A DNA stretch of 24,000 bases from Methanovulcanius yangii (GCF_018687785.1 NZ_LTBL01000001.1:587780-611779); one strand, 5' to 3'. Counted from the stretch's first letter, positions 1 to 7,356 are shown. Translations and numbers: made by a program. The notes: generated by a model from the letters alone, not told the origin.

Positions 1-764
1 GAGTAGAGGCCCGCCGTTGCGATCGTGCCGCCGCCCGCGCCCTCGGTCATCAGGAGGACGTCGCCGGGGGCGGTCGATTTGCGGGCGGTGAGGTGGTCGG
101 CGACGCCGACGGCGCCGACGCAGCCGGTCATGCGGCTGCCGAGCACCATGTCGCCCCCTATGCGAAGCGTCGAACCGGTGACGAGCGGGACTGCCATCGC
201 CTCGCTGACGGCGGCGATGCCTGCGGTGTAGTCGAAGATCTTTGCCACATCGCCGTCGTCGGCGACGTGGATGTCGGAGAGGAGGGCGACCGGCCGGGCC
301 CCCATCACGTAGACGTCACGCAGGGTCGCCCTCGTTACGTGGAATCCCGCGAGGAAGGGGAAGTCGGAGAGGCGGGAGTGCATCCCGTCCACGGTGGTGA
401 TGATGTACCTGCCGCCCGCCTCGACGGCACCTGCGTCGTCCATCTCGTCGACGCCGACCGATGTTCCGGTGGATTTGATGATCTTCGGGAACTGGCGGTG
501 GGCAAAGAAGTCGCCCGCGCCGCGGGAGCCGACCCCGAACTCCCCCATCGAAACCCCTGAAGGTTCGAAGGCAAAGAGGTCTCCGGTAAGGCCGGTGGTA
601 TTTTTCACCTCGGTGATGACGGCCTCTGCGAGCTCCAGCGCATATTCGGGTGAGACGCGGGGTTTTTTGGAGCATATCTGTGCCTGCAGCCGCCGGGCGC
701 ATTCATCGTCGGAAGTCCCGCCGGCAAGGCAGTGGCGGGTCATCTCCTCAATATCCATGTGCAT
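1..764 (-). CDS. AIR synthase-related protein (PurM/ThiL/HypE/SelD superfamily), first ~254 codons; 3' end lies beyond the window start
   Basis: Absent from the ORF track because it has no stop in the window. My translation of the minus strand from ATG at 764 (alternative ATG at 758) stays open to base 1: MHMDIEEMTRHC...SVGVDEMDDAGAVEAGGRYIITTVDGMHSRLSDFPFLAGFHVTRATLRDVYVMGARPVALLSDIHVADDGD...LLMTEGAGGGTIATAGLY. The DDAG, TTD and MGA-P blocks are typical of the PurM-like N-domain. Track ORFs at 25-915 are shadow frames of this gene. Confidence 0.75.
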   Translation of the reverse strand, partial: MHMDIEEMTRHCLAGGTSDDECARRLQAQICSKKPRVSPEYALELAEAVITEVKNTTGLTGDLFAFEPSGVSMGEFGVGSRGAGDFFAHRQFPKIIKSTGTSVGVDEMDDAGAVEAGGRYIITTVDGMHSRLSDFPFLAGFHVTRATLRDVYVMGARPVALLSDIHVADDGDVAKIFDYTAGIAAVSEAMAVPLVTGSTLRIGGDMVLGSRMTGCVGAVGVADHLTARKSTAPGDVLLMTEGAGGGTIATAGLY

Positions 765-780
765 ATGTTGCCCCCGGAGT

Positions 781-788
781 TTTATAAA
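781..788. promoter_or_regulatory. TATA-like element TTTATAAA in the 69-bp divergent intergenic region (PurM-like gene / thiD)
   Basis: It is the only AT-rich octamer between the starts at 764 (-) and 834 (+). It is near-palindromic, so it could act as a BRE/TATA for either direction. It lies about 20 nt from the minus-strand ATG and about 45 nt from the thiD ATG. Confidence 0.4.
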
Positions 789-833
789 GGAGGCAGAAAA
801 TCCCATCATCCATCGGCGCGTATACTCCCCCAT

Positions 834-1646
834 ATGGTGGATGCATACTATACCTGCGCATGCACGATCGCAGGGTCGGATTCCGGGGGCGGGGCTGGTA
901 TTCAGGCGGACCTGAAGACCTTTGCCGCGCTCGGGGTATGGGGGTGCAGTGTTCTGACCGCGATCACCGCCCAGAACACGATGGAGGTGACGGCAAGCCT
1001 CCCCGTGCCGACCGGGATGATCCGTTCCCAGATGGAGGCGGTCTTTGCGGACTTTCCGGTTGCGGCCTGCAAGACCGGGATGCTTGCGACGGCGGAGTGC
1101 GTCGCGGCGGTCGCCGATACCTTTCCGTCGCCTGAGGTGCAGCTGGTCGTCGACCCGGTGATGGTCGCAACGTCCGGGACGCCGCTTCTCGATGCCGCCG
1201 GGGAACAGGCGCTCGTGGAGCTGCTCCTGCCGCGTGCCGCCCTCGTCACCCCGAATATCGCCGAGGCGTGCCTTCTTACCGGCCGGAGCGCGATTACGAC
1301 GAAGCGGACGATGGAAGAGGCGGCTGAGGAACTCCTTGCCACCGGAGCAGGAGCGGTGCTCCTGAAGGGCGGGCACATGAAGGGAAAGACGGTCATGGAC
1401 GTCCTCCTGGCGGACGGGGAATTTTCGGTCCTCAAAGGGAAGCGCTATCCCTATGAGGTGCACGGGTCCGGGTGCTGCCTCTCGGCTGCCATCACCGCCC
1501 GTCTTGCCATGGGTGAAACGGTCCCGGAGGCCTGTGCAGGGGCGAAGACGTTCATTGATTCTGCGATACAAAACGCCGTCCCGTCCCTGTCCGGGCGGCG
1601 GTCGGTCAACCCTTCCTTTCGCGACATCCGGGTGGGCGGGAAATAA
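834..1646 (+). CDS. thiD: Hydroxymethylpyrimidine/phosphomethylpyrimidine kinase
   Basis: Track ORF 732..1646. The internal ATG at 834 gives MVDAYYTCACTIAGSDSGGGAGIQADLKTFAALGVWGCSVLTAITAQNT, the canonical ThiD N-terminal signature. Length is about 270 aa, so this is ThiD alone with no ThiN fusion. Confidence 0.9.
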   Translation: MVDAYYTCACTIAGSDSGGGAGIQADLKTFAALGVWGCSVLTAITAQNTMEVTASLPVPTGMIRSQMEAVFADFPVAACKTGMLATAECVAAVADTFPSPEVQLVVDPVMVATSGTPLLDAAGEQALVELLLPRAALVTPNIAEACLLTGRSAITTKRTMEEAAEELLATGAGAVLLKGGHMKGKTVMDVLLADGEFSVLKGKRYPYEVHGSGCCLSAAITARLAMGETVPEACAGAKTFIDSAIQNAVPSLSGRRSVNPSFRDIRVGGK

Positions 1647-1719
1647 TCTTCACTATCTCTTGTTTTTTGGAAAATATCATTAAAGATTATATAGTTATAC
1701 GAAAAATACTCAGCCATAG

Positions 1720-2181
1720 GTGGATAAGGTGGATGAGATCGACAGCGCCATTCTCCGGGAGCTTGCCCGGGACGGTAGAATATCGATGGCGGAATTGGGG
1801 AAGATACTTGATGTGGCGCCGTCGACGGTGTTCAAGCGCATCGAGAAACTGAAGCGGTCGAACGTGATCGAGGGGTTTACGATTGCGATCAACCCCGACT
1901 ACTTTGCCGAGAGCCTGATCTCGTTTCTCACCATCACCGTCGCCCCGCACGACAAGGAGCGGGTGGCGGCGTTTCTTGCGAACCACGAGTGCGTGCTGGA
2001 GGTGTATGAGACCCTCGAGCCGTCCGACTTCATCGCAAAGGTGGTGGTCCCCTCCATCACGGACATGAAGAACGAGGTTCTCGTGCCGCTCTCCGCGTTC
2101 GAGGGGGTCAGGGAGATCAAGCCCTTCATCACCGTCAAACGCATCAAGGAACAGAACGGGAGTGTTCGTCTCTATGATTGA
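1720..2181 (+). CDS. Lrp/AsnC-family transcriptional regulator
   Basis: (V)DKVDEIDSAILRELARDGRISMAELGKILDVAPSTVFKRIEKLKRSNVIEGFTIAINPDYF is an N-terminal HTH followed by a RAM/AsnC_trans_reg-like C-domain. GTG start at 1720 (alternative GTG at 1729). TTATATAG at about 1687-1694 lies roughly 26-33 nt upstream. Confidence 0.85.
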   Translation: MDKVDEIDSAILRELARDGRISMAELGKILDVAPSTVFKRIEKLKRSNVIEGFTIAINPDYFAESLISFLTITVAPHDKERVAAFLANHECVLEVYETLEPSDFIAKVVVPSITDMKNEVLVPLSAFEGVREIKPFITVKRIKEQNGSVRLYD

Positions 2182-2461
2182 ATCGCAGTTTATCATCATC
2201 CAGCAGATTCTGGCCCTCGTCACCCTCATACTCGGGGGGGCGCTCATCATATTCATCTATGATGCCTACAAGCTCATCCGGCAGCCGAGCCTCCTCTTCT
2301 TTACGCTCGGCATGTTCATCCTCGTCATCGGTATCGTCGTCCCGGACATCGCCGTGATCGCAAAGGTCTCCGTGGAGATGCTCTATTGGGGAGAAGTGTT
2401 CTCACGAATTCTTGCGATCATCGGCATCGGCGTCATGAACTATGCCGTTCTGCGTGGGTGA
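2174..2461 (+). CDS. Small integral membrane protein (about 3 TM helices), function unknown
   Basis: ATG at 2174 overlaps the Lrp stop (ATGATTGA, 8-nt overlap). The product is MIESQFIIIQQILALVTLILGGALIIFIY...LFFTLGMFILVIGIVVPDIAVI...ILAIIGIGVMNYAVL, strongly hydrophobic with GC3-rich codons like its neighbours. Confidence 0.6.
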   Translation: MIESQFIIIQQILALVTLILGGALIIFIYDAYKLIRQPSLLFFTLGMFILVIGIVVPDIAVIAKVSVEMLYWGEVFSRILAIIGIGVMNYAVLRG

Positions 2462-2470
2462 AGGACAGCA

Positions 2471-2902
2471 ATGAAAGGACAGTTTTCCCGGGACTGGAGC
2501 CTCCTCAAGATGGCACGGAACTGGGAACCCCGTGACATCGGCTCCGCCGTGATGGAGCGCCTCGTGACCCACGGGTCTGCGGAGATCCGTGAGGCGATCC
2601 TTGCGCAGGTGGAGACCCTCGGGGCGGAGGACGGGATACGGTATCTCGGGCGGATGCCGGAGTTCATGCGGGGGCCGGATATTCTCGAGAGCATCTTTCT
2701 TATCACCAACATCGAGTGCGAACGGAGGACGGAGGGGGAGACCCAGTACCTCTTCGTCAGCCCCTCCTGCGGGAGCATGTTCACGCACCAGGAATGCAAC
2801 AAGGACATCGCCGCCGCCTACCTGAAGGGGTTCATCGGCTCAATCGTTCCCGGTATTCCGGTTTTTATCGAGGATGGCCTTCTGGTCGTGGTCCTTTCCT
2901 GA
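2471..2902 (+). CDS. Hypothetical cytoplasmic protein (143 aa), third gene of the Lrp operon
   Basis: It starts 9 nt after the upstream gene and has host-like codon usage. It carries conserved-looking Cys residues (NIECERR, SPSCGSMFTHQEC). I do not recognise the family. Confidence 0.55.
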   Translation: MKGQFSRDWSLLKMARNWEPRDIGSAVMERLVTHGSAEIREAILAQVETLGAEDGIRYLGRMPEFMRGPDILESIFLITNIECERRTEGETQYLFVSPSCGSMFTHQECNKDIAAAYLKGFIGSIVPGIPVFIEDGLLVVVLS

Positions 2903-2953
2903 ATGGTTTCCGATGCGGCACGAAATGTGCATGAAAAACCGAAATTATTTATA

Positions 2954-2960
2954 TTTTTTT
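2954..2960 (+). terminator. Oligo-T (T7) archaeal-type terminator candidate after the Lrp operon
   Basis: A T7 run lies about 50 nt downstream of the stop at 2902, at the start of an AT-rich intergenic region. Confidence 0.35.
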
Positions 2961-3024
2961 CTTATCGACCGCTATCTTTATGCGATAGTGCCATTCAAAG
3001 CAGAACGGGTGCGGTCGGCCGAAA

Positions 3025-3038
3025 GGAAATAATATTTC
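3025..3038. promoter_or_regulatory. Copy 1 of the 14-bp motif GGAAATAATATTTC (candidate operator upstream of pilin gene 1)
   Basis: Perfect 14/14 identity with 3135..3148. The motif has internal dyad symmetry (GAAAT-N3-ATTTC). Confidence 0.4.
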
Positions 3039-3134
3039 GGAATGCACGAATATCAGAAATAAAAACTCCACAATACAGCAGTTAACGAAGTATTCTTAAG
3101 CATTCAAAATATCAAGAGATATCCTTATATACGT

Positions 3135-3148
3135 GGAAATAATATTTC
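3135..3148. promoter_or_regulatory. Copy 2 of the 14-bp motif GGAAATAATATTTC, immediately 3' of a TATA-like CTTATATAC (3123-3131)
   Basis: Perfect repeat of 3025..3038, 110 bp apart. Its position relative to the TATA-like box suggests it overlaps the transcription start of the pilin gene. Confidence 0.4.
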
Positions 3149-3229
3149 TAATCGTCAAATGTATTGACATGCATTACTGCGTGCGCCTAACAGTGGGTGC
3201 AGGCACGCGTGTGAAGAGGTGAATGAAAC

Positions 3230-3646
3230 ATGAAGTTCATGAACGATGAAGAGGCAGTATCACCGGTCATCGGTGTTATCCTCATGGTGGCCATCACGGT
3301 CATTCTCGCTGCAGTCATTGCAGTGTTTGTCTTCGGCATGGCTGGGGATGTACAGACGACGAAGGTTGTTACGGTTACTGCGAAGCAGGTTGGCGAGGAT
3401 GTCCAGGTGACCTTCCAGGGCGGCTCGGATGCAGGTGAAGTTACCGACCTTGAAGTTACGGTTTACAAAGATAATCAGGACGATGCCTCTAATGTTACGG
3501 GACCAATTGCTTTTGATCTCCCATTAGAGGTTGGATCAACAATGATGGTTGGGGCTGCCTCAGCTGGTGATGATATGGACCGTGTCCTTGTCGTAGCCAC
3601 ATTCAGTGACGGAACCACCCAGGTTATCTACGACAACAACGTCTGA
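3230..3646 (+). CDS. Archaeal type IV pilin-like protein (class III signal peptide; Pilin_N/DUF1628-type N-terminus)
   Basis: MKFMNDEEAVSPVIGVILMVAITVILAAVIAVFVFGMAG has a short charged leader followed by the SPVIGVILMVAIT hydrophobic helix, typical of substrates of archaeal prepilin peptidases. A strong SD, GAGGTGA (3216-3222), lies 7 nt before the ATG. Confidence 0.85.
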   Translation: MKFMNDEEAVSPVIGVILMVAITVILAAVIAVFVFGMAGDVQTTKVVTVTAKQVGEDVQVTFQGGSDAGEVTDLEVTVYKDNQDDASNVTGPIAFDLPLEVGSTMMVGAASAGDDMDRVLVVATFSDGTTQVIYDNNV

Positions 3647-3662
3647 TCACCTGAAAACAATC

Positions 3663-3669
3663 TTTTTTT
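3663..3669 (+). terminator. Oligo-T (T7) terminator candidate after pilin gene 1
   Basis: A T7 run lies 17 nt downstream of the stop at 3646. Confidence 0.5.
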
Positions 3670-3904
3670 CTTATTTCAATCGGTTATCATTTTCGTGCTG
3701 CACAATCTGCTGTTCATTGAAGTCTTTTTGGCATTCTGTAATGCTAATCAATGAATTATTGAAAATTGTGGATAATTAGAAAAATTAATTCATATATGTC
3801 AATATTGGCAACAATCCATTATTTCTGAATATAATTGTTATATATTAATATGATGTACTGCATGGCATACACATATATACAATAATTGCAAAATACATTT
3901 TTAC

Positions 3905-3933
3905 TAAATTTGATCAATAGATAAATTTGATCA
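3905..3933. repeat. Direct repeat TAAATTTGATCA x2 (3905-3916 and 3922-3933) just upstream of pilin gene 2
   Basis: Two perfect 12-mers spaced 17 bp start-to-start. The second ends 16 nt before the ATG at 3950. This is a possible regulator binding site or promoter element. Confidence 0.3.
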
Positions 3934-3949
3934 TAAGGATGTAGAAAAA

Positions 3950-4345
3950 ATGAAATCTTTAAACAATGAAGAAGCAACAACTCCGGTCATCGGTGTTATC
4001 CTAATGGTAGCCGTTACCATGATCCTTGCAGCCGTTATTGGAGTTTATGTATTCGGTTTACCACAGGATATTGATAATACTAAGATCGTAGCAGTCTCTG
4101 CAAAACAGGTTGGCGACCAGATTCAGGTAACCTATATGGGAAGTTCATCATCAAACAAGGTTGTAAAAATCAATGCTTCAACATACAATGGCGGAGTGTA
4201 CAATGACTCTGAAGAGCTCGTAGATCCAGAAAAAGGTCAAATATTGCCATTATTAAACGGCGGAACAAATAATTTGGATCAAGTTGTCGTGGTCGCCACT
4301 TTCGATGATGGAACAAGTCAGGTTGTCTATGACGAAGTCGTCTAA
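3950..4345 (+). CDS. Archaeal type IV pilin-like protein, paralogue of 3230..3646
   Basis: MKSLNNEEATTPVIGVILMVAVTMILAAVIGVYVFGLPQD has the same signal architecture. The C-terminus VVVATFDDGTSQVVYDEVV parallels VLVVATFSDGTTQVIYDNNV of gene 1. Codon usage is visibly more A/T-ending than in gene 1. Confidence 0.85.
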   Translation: MKSLNNEEATTPVIGVILMVAVTMILAAVIGVYVFGLPQDIDNTKIVAVSAKQVGDQIQVTYMGSSSSNKVVKINASTYNGGVYNDSEELVDPEKGQILPLLNGGTNNLDQVVVVATFDDGTSQVVYDEVV

Positions 4346-4950
4346 TTTACAGAAATACCAACAACTTCATCCAACATTTTTACCGCACTTTTCACCCGTT
4401 CCGACCCGCACTTCACCGCAATGTCCTGATGGTACTGAATTTTTTCAAGAAGTGAAGGATCGTTAAACATCACATACCGCGTCCCCAGAATCGTCGCATC
4501 GATCACCGACGCAAACCCCCTATTGTGTGGGTGCACCGCACAGGAACGAACCTCTTCTGCCACCGGATGCAGCTCGAAGATGGAAAGCTCCTCTCCGGCA
4601 TGAATGATGGCACACTTGTATGCGACCCACGCCTCGCAGTCTTTCAGGCGATTCATAGTGTGGCCATCGATGTGAACTTCAGAAAAATGTTCAGCACCGA
4701 TATCCCCGAAGGCCGTCTCCACGAACACCACCGGATCATGCGTCACATTCGCGATGACCCACCCGCACCGCCGCATGTTCTCTTCCGTGTGGGTGCCGCG
4801 GTAGACCCGCATGCGGATTTTGCCCTTCCGGCAAAAGATGCCCATCGGTGCGGCGTTGGGCCTGACTTTTGTAATCTCATCCTCCCTGATCTCTCCCGCC
4901 GTCGTCGCGATGACCTCGTTGATGCCTTCCGTCAGGATTCCCAATTCCAT
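4342..4950 (-). CDS. DUF447-family protein (H4MPT-linked, function unknown)
   Basis: Track ORF 4342..5031. The likely true start is the internal ATG at 4950 (MELGILTEGINEVIATTAG...RPNAAPMGIFCRKGKIRMRVYRGTHTEENM...). The N-x-APMG block and overall length fit what I recall for DUF447. It overlaps the upstream CitG-like gene by 19 nt. Confidence 0.65.
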   Translation of the reverse strand: MELGILTEGINEVIATTAGEIREDEITKVRPNAAPMGIFCRKGKIRMRVYRGTHTEENMRRCGWVIANVTHDPVVFVETAFGDIGAEHFSEVHIDGHTMNRLKDCEAWVAYKCAIIHAGEELSIFELHPVAEEVRSCAVHPHNRGFASVIDATILGTRYVMFNDPSLLEKIQYHQDIAVKCGSERVKSAVKMLDEVVGISVN

Positions 4951-5756
4951 CCCTCGCCTAATGCAACATAGATGGCGGCAATGATAATATCCGCGGTCGA
5001 ACCGGGGTTCGCGCCCTGTTCGTGGCACCACTCATCAAACTCTTCGATGCCAAGGGTGCCGTCCCGGACTTCCTGTGCCTTTCTGGTAGTCTCCTCTGCC
5101 ATCGCGTCGCCGAGCTTTTTGGCGATGAAGGTGTCGGGCTCCGCGGCGAGGAGCTCGATGAAGGCCGCGGGGATGGCGCCCTTGGCGGCGGGGGCGGCAC
5201 GGAGCATGTCCGCCGCCCGCCTCGTCCGGGGATACCCTTCCGTCCACTCGCGGCAGACGAGGTCCCGCGGCGCCGAGTAGGCGATGATGTCCGCTAGGGT
5301 CATGCCCTCCCGGCGGATCGTCGCAACCGACTCGGGGTCGTTGACGTCGAGGTCGTCCGTCGGGTGGGCACGGACCTGTGTCAGGCCGAATGCCTCGTAG
5401 AAGAGCACTGCATCCTCGACGGTCGTTTTCCGGATGATGTCTGCCGCTCCTGCGATGTCGCCGCCGAGGATCAGGGGAAAGAGAAGAATGTACGCACCGA
5501 AGTGGGTGTTGCCGCCCGCATGGACGTTTGCGAGTTTCACCGCATCACGGATCAGCTCCCCGACACCGCCCTCGCCCCGTTCGGCACGCTCGAGGGCGGG
5601 TTTCACAAAAATGGCGGAGGCGAGGAAGTGCTCCAGCCGGGTATCCTCGTAGTCGTGGCAGCGGTCGACGTTGCCCGGCTTCGGGCCGGCGCAGACCTCC
5701 AGCGCCATCGCAAGCTGCGCCCGCTCACTCGGTCGCATAGTAGCCATCGGCATCAA
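4932..5756 (-). CDS. Triphosphoribosyl-dephospho-CoA synthase (CitG/MdcB)-like protein
   Basis: LEVCAGPKPGNVDRCHDYEDTRLEHFLASAIF...HAGGNTHFGAYILLFPL matches the KPG-x-VD / D-x-x-F-x-x-SA signature of the ATP:dephospho-CoA triphosphoribosyl transferase family. The start is uncertain (ATGs at 5756/5753/5747/5738). It overlaps both neighbouring genes. Confidence 0.75.
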   Translation of the reverse strand: MMPMATMRPSERAQLAMALEVCAGPKPGNVDRCHDYEDTRLEHFLASAIFVKPALERAERGEGGVGELIRDAVKLANVHAGGNTHFGAYILLFPLILGGDIAGAADIIRKTTVEDAVLFYEAFGLTQVRAHPTDDLDVNDPESVATIRREGMTLADIIAYSAPRDLVCREWTEGYPRTRRAADMLRAAPAAKGAIPAAFIELLAAEPDTFIAKKLGDAMAEETTRKAQEVRDGTLGIEEFDEWCHEQGANPGSTADIIIAAIYVALGEGWNWES

Positions 5757-6876
5757 ACACCCGTTCCATCAGTTTGTCGGCGAGCCGGTGTTTATAGCGC
5801 ATGTAGTCATGGAGCGAGAGCCCCTCCTGCTTGAGCGCCATGTTGCGGAACATGCAGGGCGTCGAACTCTTGCAGCACCATGCAAGGCTCCCGAAGCACG
5901 TGTTCTCACCCGCCGCAAGCGGCGTCTTCTTGACGAGGTCGAGTTTCAGGCTCATGAACTCGTTTCTCGAGATGTCGAGGTGTTCGAGCGTGGGGAGGAG
6001 CGGGCACTGCTTCACCGGCATGCAGCAGAAGGTCAGGCTCCGGATGTCGCCGCCGCGGCAGAGCTGTTTCGGTGCATTGTACCACCCGGTCTCATCCGCG
6101 TACCGGGCAAGGGACTCCGCAATCGACCGGAGGTTCTCCGGGCCTGCCTGCCGGGCAAGGGAGATCATGTCCGCCCCGTGGGCGAGCATGTCCTTTGCAA
6201 TCCCGAACGTATTGATGGAGTTGTTCGCGATGATCAAAAGCGGGCAGCTGTTTCGAATCTGCCGGAGTTTCGTGTGGCCGAAGTCCATCAGGTCGACGTG
6301 GAGGATGTCCGCACCCGCCTGCCAGATGCCCCGTGCCAGTGCCTTGTCATCCTCCGCGACCCCCGCCCGGATCTTCACCGAGACGGTCACGCCCGCGTCC
6401 TTGAGCGCCGCAATCGTGAGGTACAGCTGGTCCGGGTTCTTCAACAGGTATTCACCGCACCCCGCCGCGATCATCGGCTCCTGCCTGCAGTGGGCATCGA
6501 TCTCGTAGACCACGGACGGCCCGATGGCATCGGCGACGGCACGGTATGACGACGGCGACGACCCCCGCAGGTTCAGCGCACAGATGACCCCCGTCTCCGC
6601 CATCTTTGCGACTTCATCAGAGAGAGCGGCGATGGCGTTGTCATACAAAAACTCCTCGCGTCCCGCCTCGGCAAGCGCCCGGCTCGCCGCCATGGTCGTC
6701 TCGTCGATGGAATATCCCCCGATGCAGGCCATGCCGACCGCATCCGATCTTGGTTTCACGTACTCCGCATCAACGATGCCGGCCATGGACGAGAGGACGA
6801 GAGGGGTCTTCATCGTCGTTCCATTCACCATCAGTTCATAACGATCATAGGGGTCCATCATAAGCTCTCTATACAT
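5725..6876 (-). CDS. Methanogenesis marker 9 domain protein with an N-terminal NifR3/Dus-like TIM-barrel domain
   Basis: The C-terminal region has two copies of the aromatic-CC-x-x-K/x-x-C motif (FCCMPVKQCP and WCCKSSTPCMFRN) plus additional Cys residues, as described for the methanogen-restricted marker-9 domain. The N-terminal roughly 250 aa (LVLSSMAGIVD...IDAHCRQ...VSVKIRAG...HVD) looks like a flavin TIM barrel. Confidence 0.8.
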   Translation of the reverse strand: MYRELMMDPYDRYELMVNGTTMKTPLVLSSMAGIVDAEYVKPRSDAVGMACIGGYSIDETTMAASRALAEAGREEFLYDNAIAALSDEVAKMAETGVICALNLRGSSPSSYRAVADAIGPSVVYEIDAHCRQEPMIAAGCGEYLLKNPDQLYLTIAALKDAGVTVSVKIRAGVAEDDKALARGIWQAGADILHVDLMDFGHTKLRQIRNSCPLLIIANNSINTFGIAKDMLAHGADMISLARQAGPENLRSIAESLARYADETGWYNAPKQLCRGGDIRSLTFCCMPVKQCPLLPTLEHLDISRNEFMSLKLDLVKKTPLAAGENTCFGSLAWCCKSSTPCMFRNMALKQEGLSLHDYMRYKHRLADKLMERVFDADGYYATE

Positions 6877-6903
6877 TTCTCCTTCAACACCAAAGTGCTT
6901 TCC

Positions 6904-7356
6904 TCACAACCCCGACAGGGTGTATCCGCTCTTCGACCGTTCCAGACAGATGCCGTCGCGAAACCGCTCCCGTGAAATCCCCGGTCCGTTCGTATATTCC
7001 GTTGTTATCGTATCCCACGGGAGGAGGTAGGCCTCGTTCGCCCGGCCCGACCCTCCCCGAAACTCCACCGCAAGATATCCCCGGCGGCCGGTCCGGCACA
7101 AAAAATCAGAGATCGAATCGACCTGGTGCATCCCGTGCCTGTCCTTGTGGAAATGCTGCGTGAAGTAGATCTTGTTCCCCTTCAGTGATTTGCACTCGAC
7201 GGCAAGATAGTACCGCGGGTCGAGGGAATCGACGATCACATCCACGTACTGGGTATTGAACCGGGCCTGTTTGAGCCGGTAGGCAAAGCCCGCAATCCCG
7301 CCATCCTCAAAGAACGAGTTGAGGCAATGGACCATTTCCCGCTCAAAATCACTCAT
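6904..7356 (-). CDS. PD-(D/E)XK nuclease of the archaeal Holliday-junction resolvase (Hjc)-like type
   Basis: The pattern is FEREMV ... VDVIVDS ... LAVECKS, that is E / D / E-x-K in the order and spacing of Hjc catalytic residues. Size is 150 aa. It lies 27 nt upstream of the marker-9 gene on the same strand. Confidence 0.55.
   Translation of the reverse strand: MSDFEREMVHCLNSFFEDGGIAGFAYRLKQARFNTQYVDVIVDSLDPRYYLAVECKSLKGNKIYFTQHFHKDRHGMHQVDSISDFLCRTGRRGYLAVEFRGGSGRANEAYLLPWDTITTEYTNGPGISRERFRDGICLERSKSGYTLSGL

Noticed and set aside
765-833. Possible TPP riboswitch upstream of thiD
   Set aside because: The intergenic region is only 69 nt. It lacks the conserved CUGAGA / ACCUGA elements and is too short for the aptamer.
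25-915. Several ORFs on both strands (25..231, 93..560, 316..702, 335..574, 394..915)
   Set aside because: All overlap the PurM-like gene, which reads in a different minus-strand frame and is not listed in the track because it lacks a stop in the window. None has protein-like composition.
2903-3085. 60-aa plus-strand ORF in the pilin upstream region
   Set aside because: It lies in AT-rich promoter or terminator DNA and contains an oligo-T run and the 14-mer motif. It has no SD and an odd composition.
5671-6549. 292-aa and 225-aa plus-strand ORFs (5671..6549, 5831..6508), and 6524..6841
   Set aside because: They are antisense or out of frame relative to the marker-9/NifR3-like gene, whose Cys motifs identify the true frame. 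Their products are Arg/Pro-rich.
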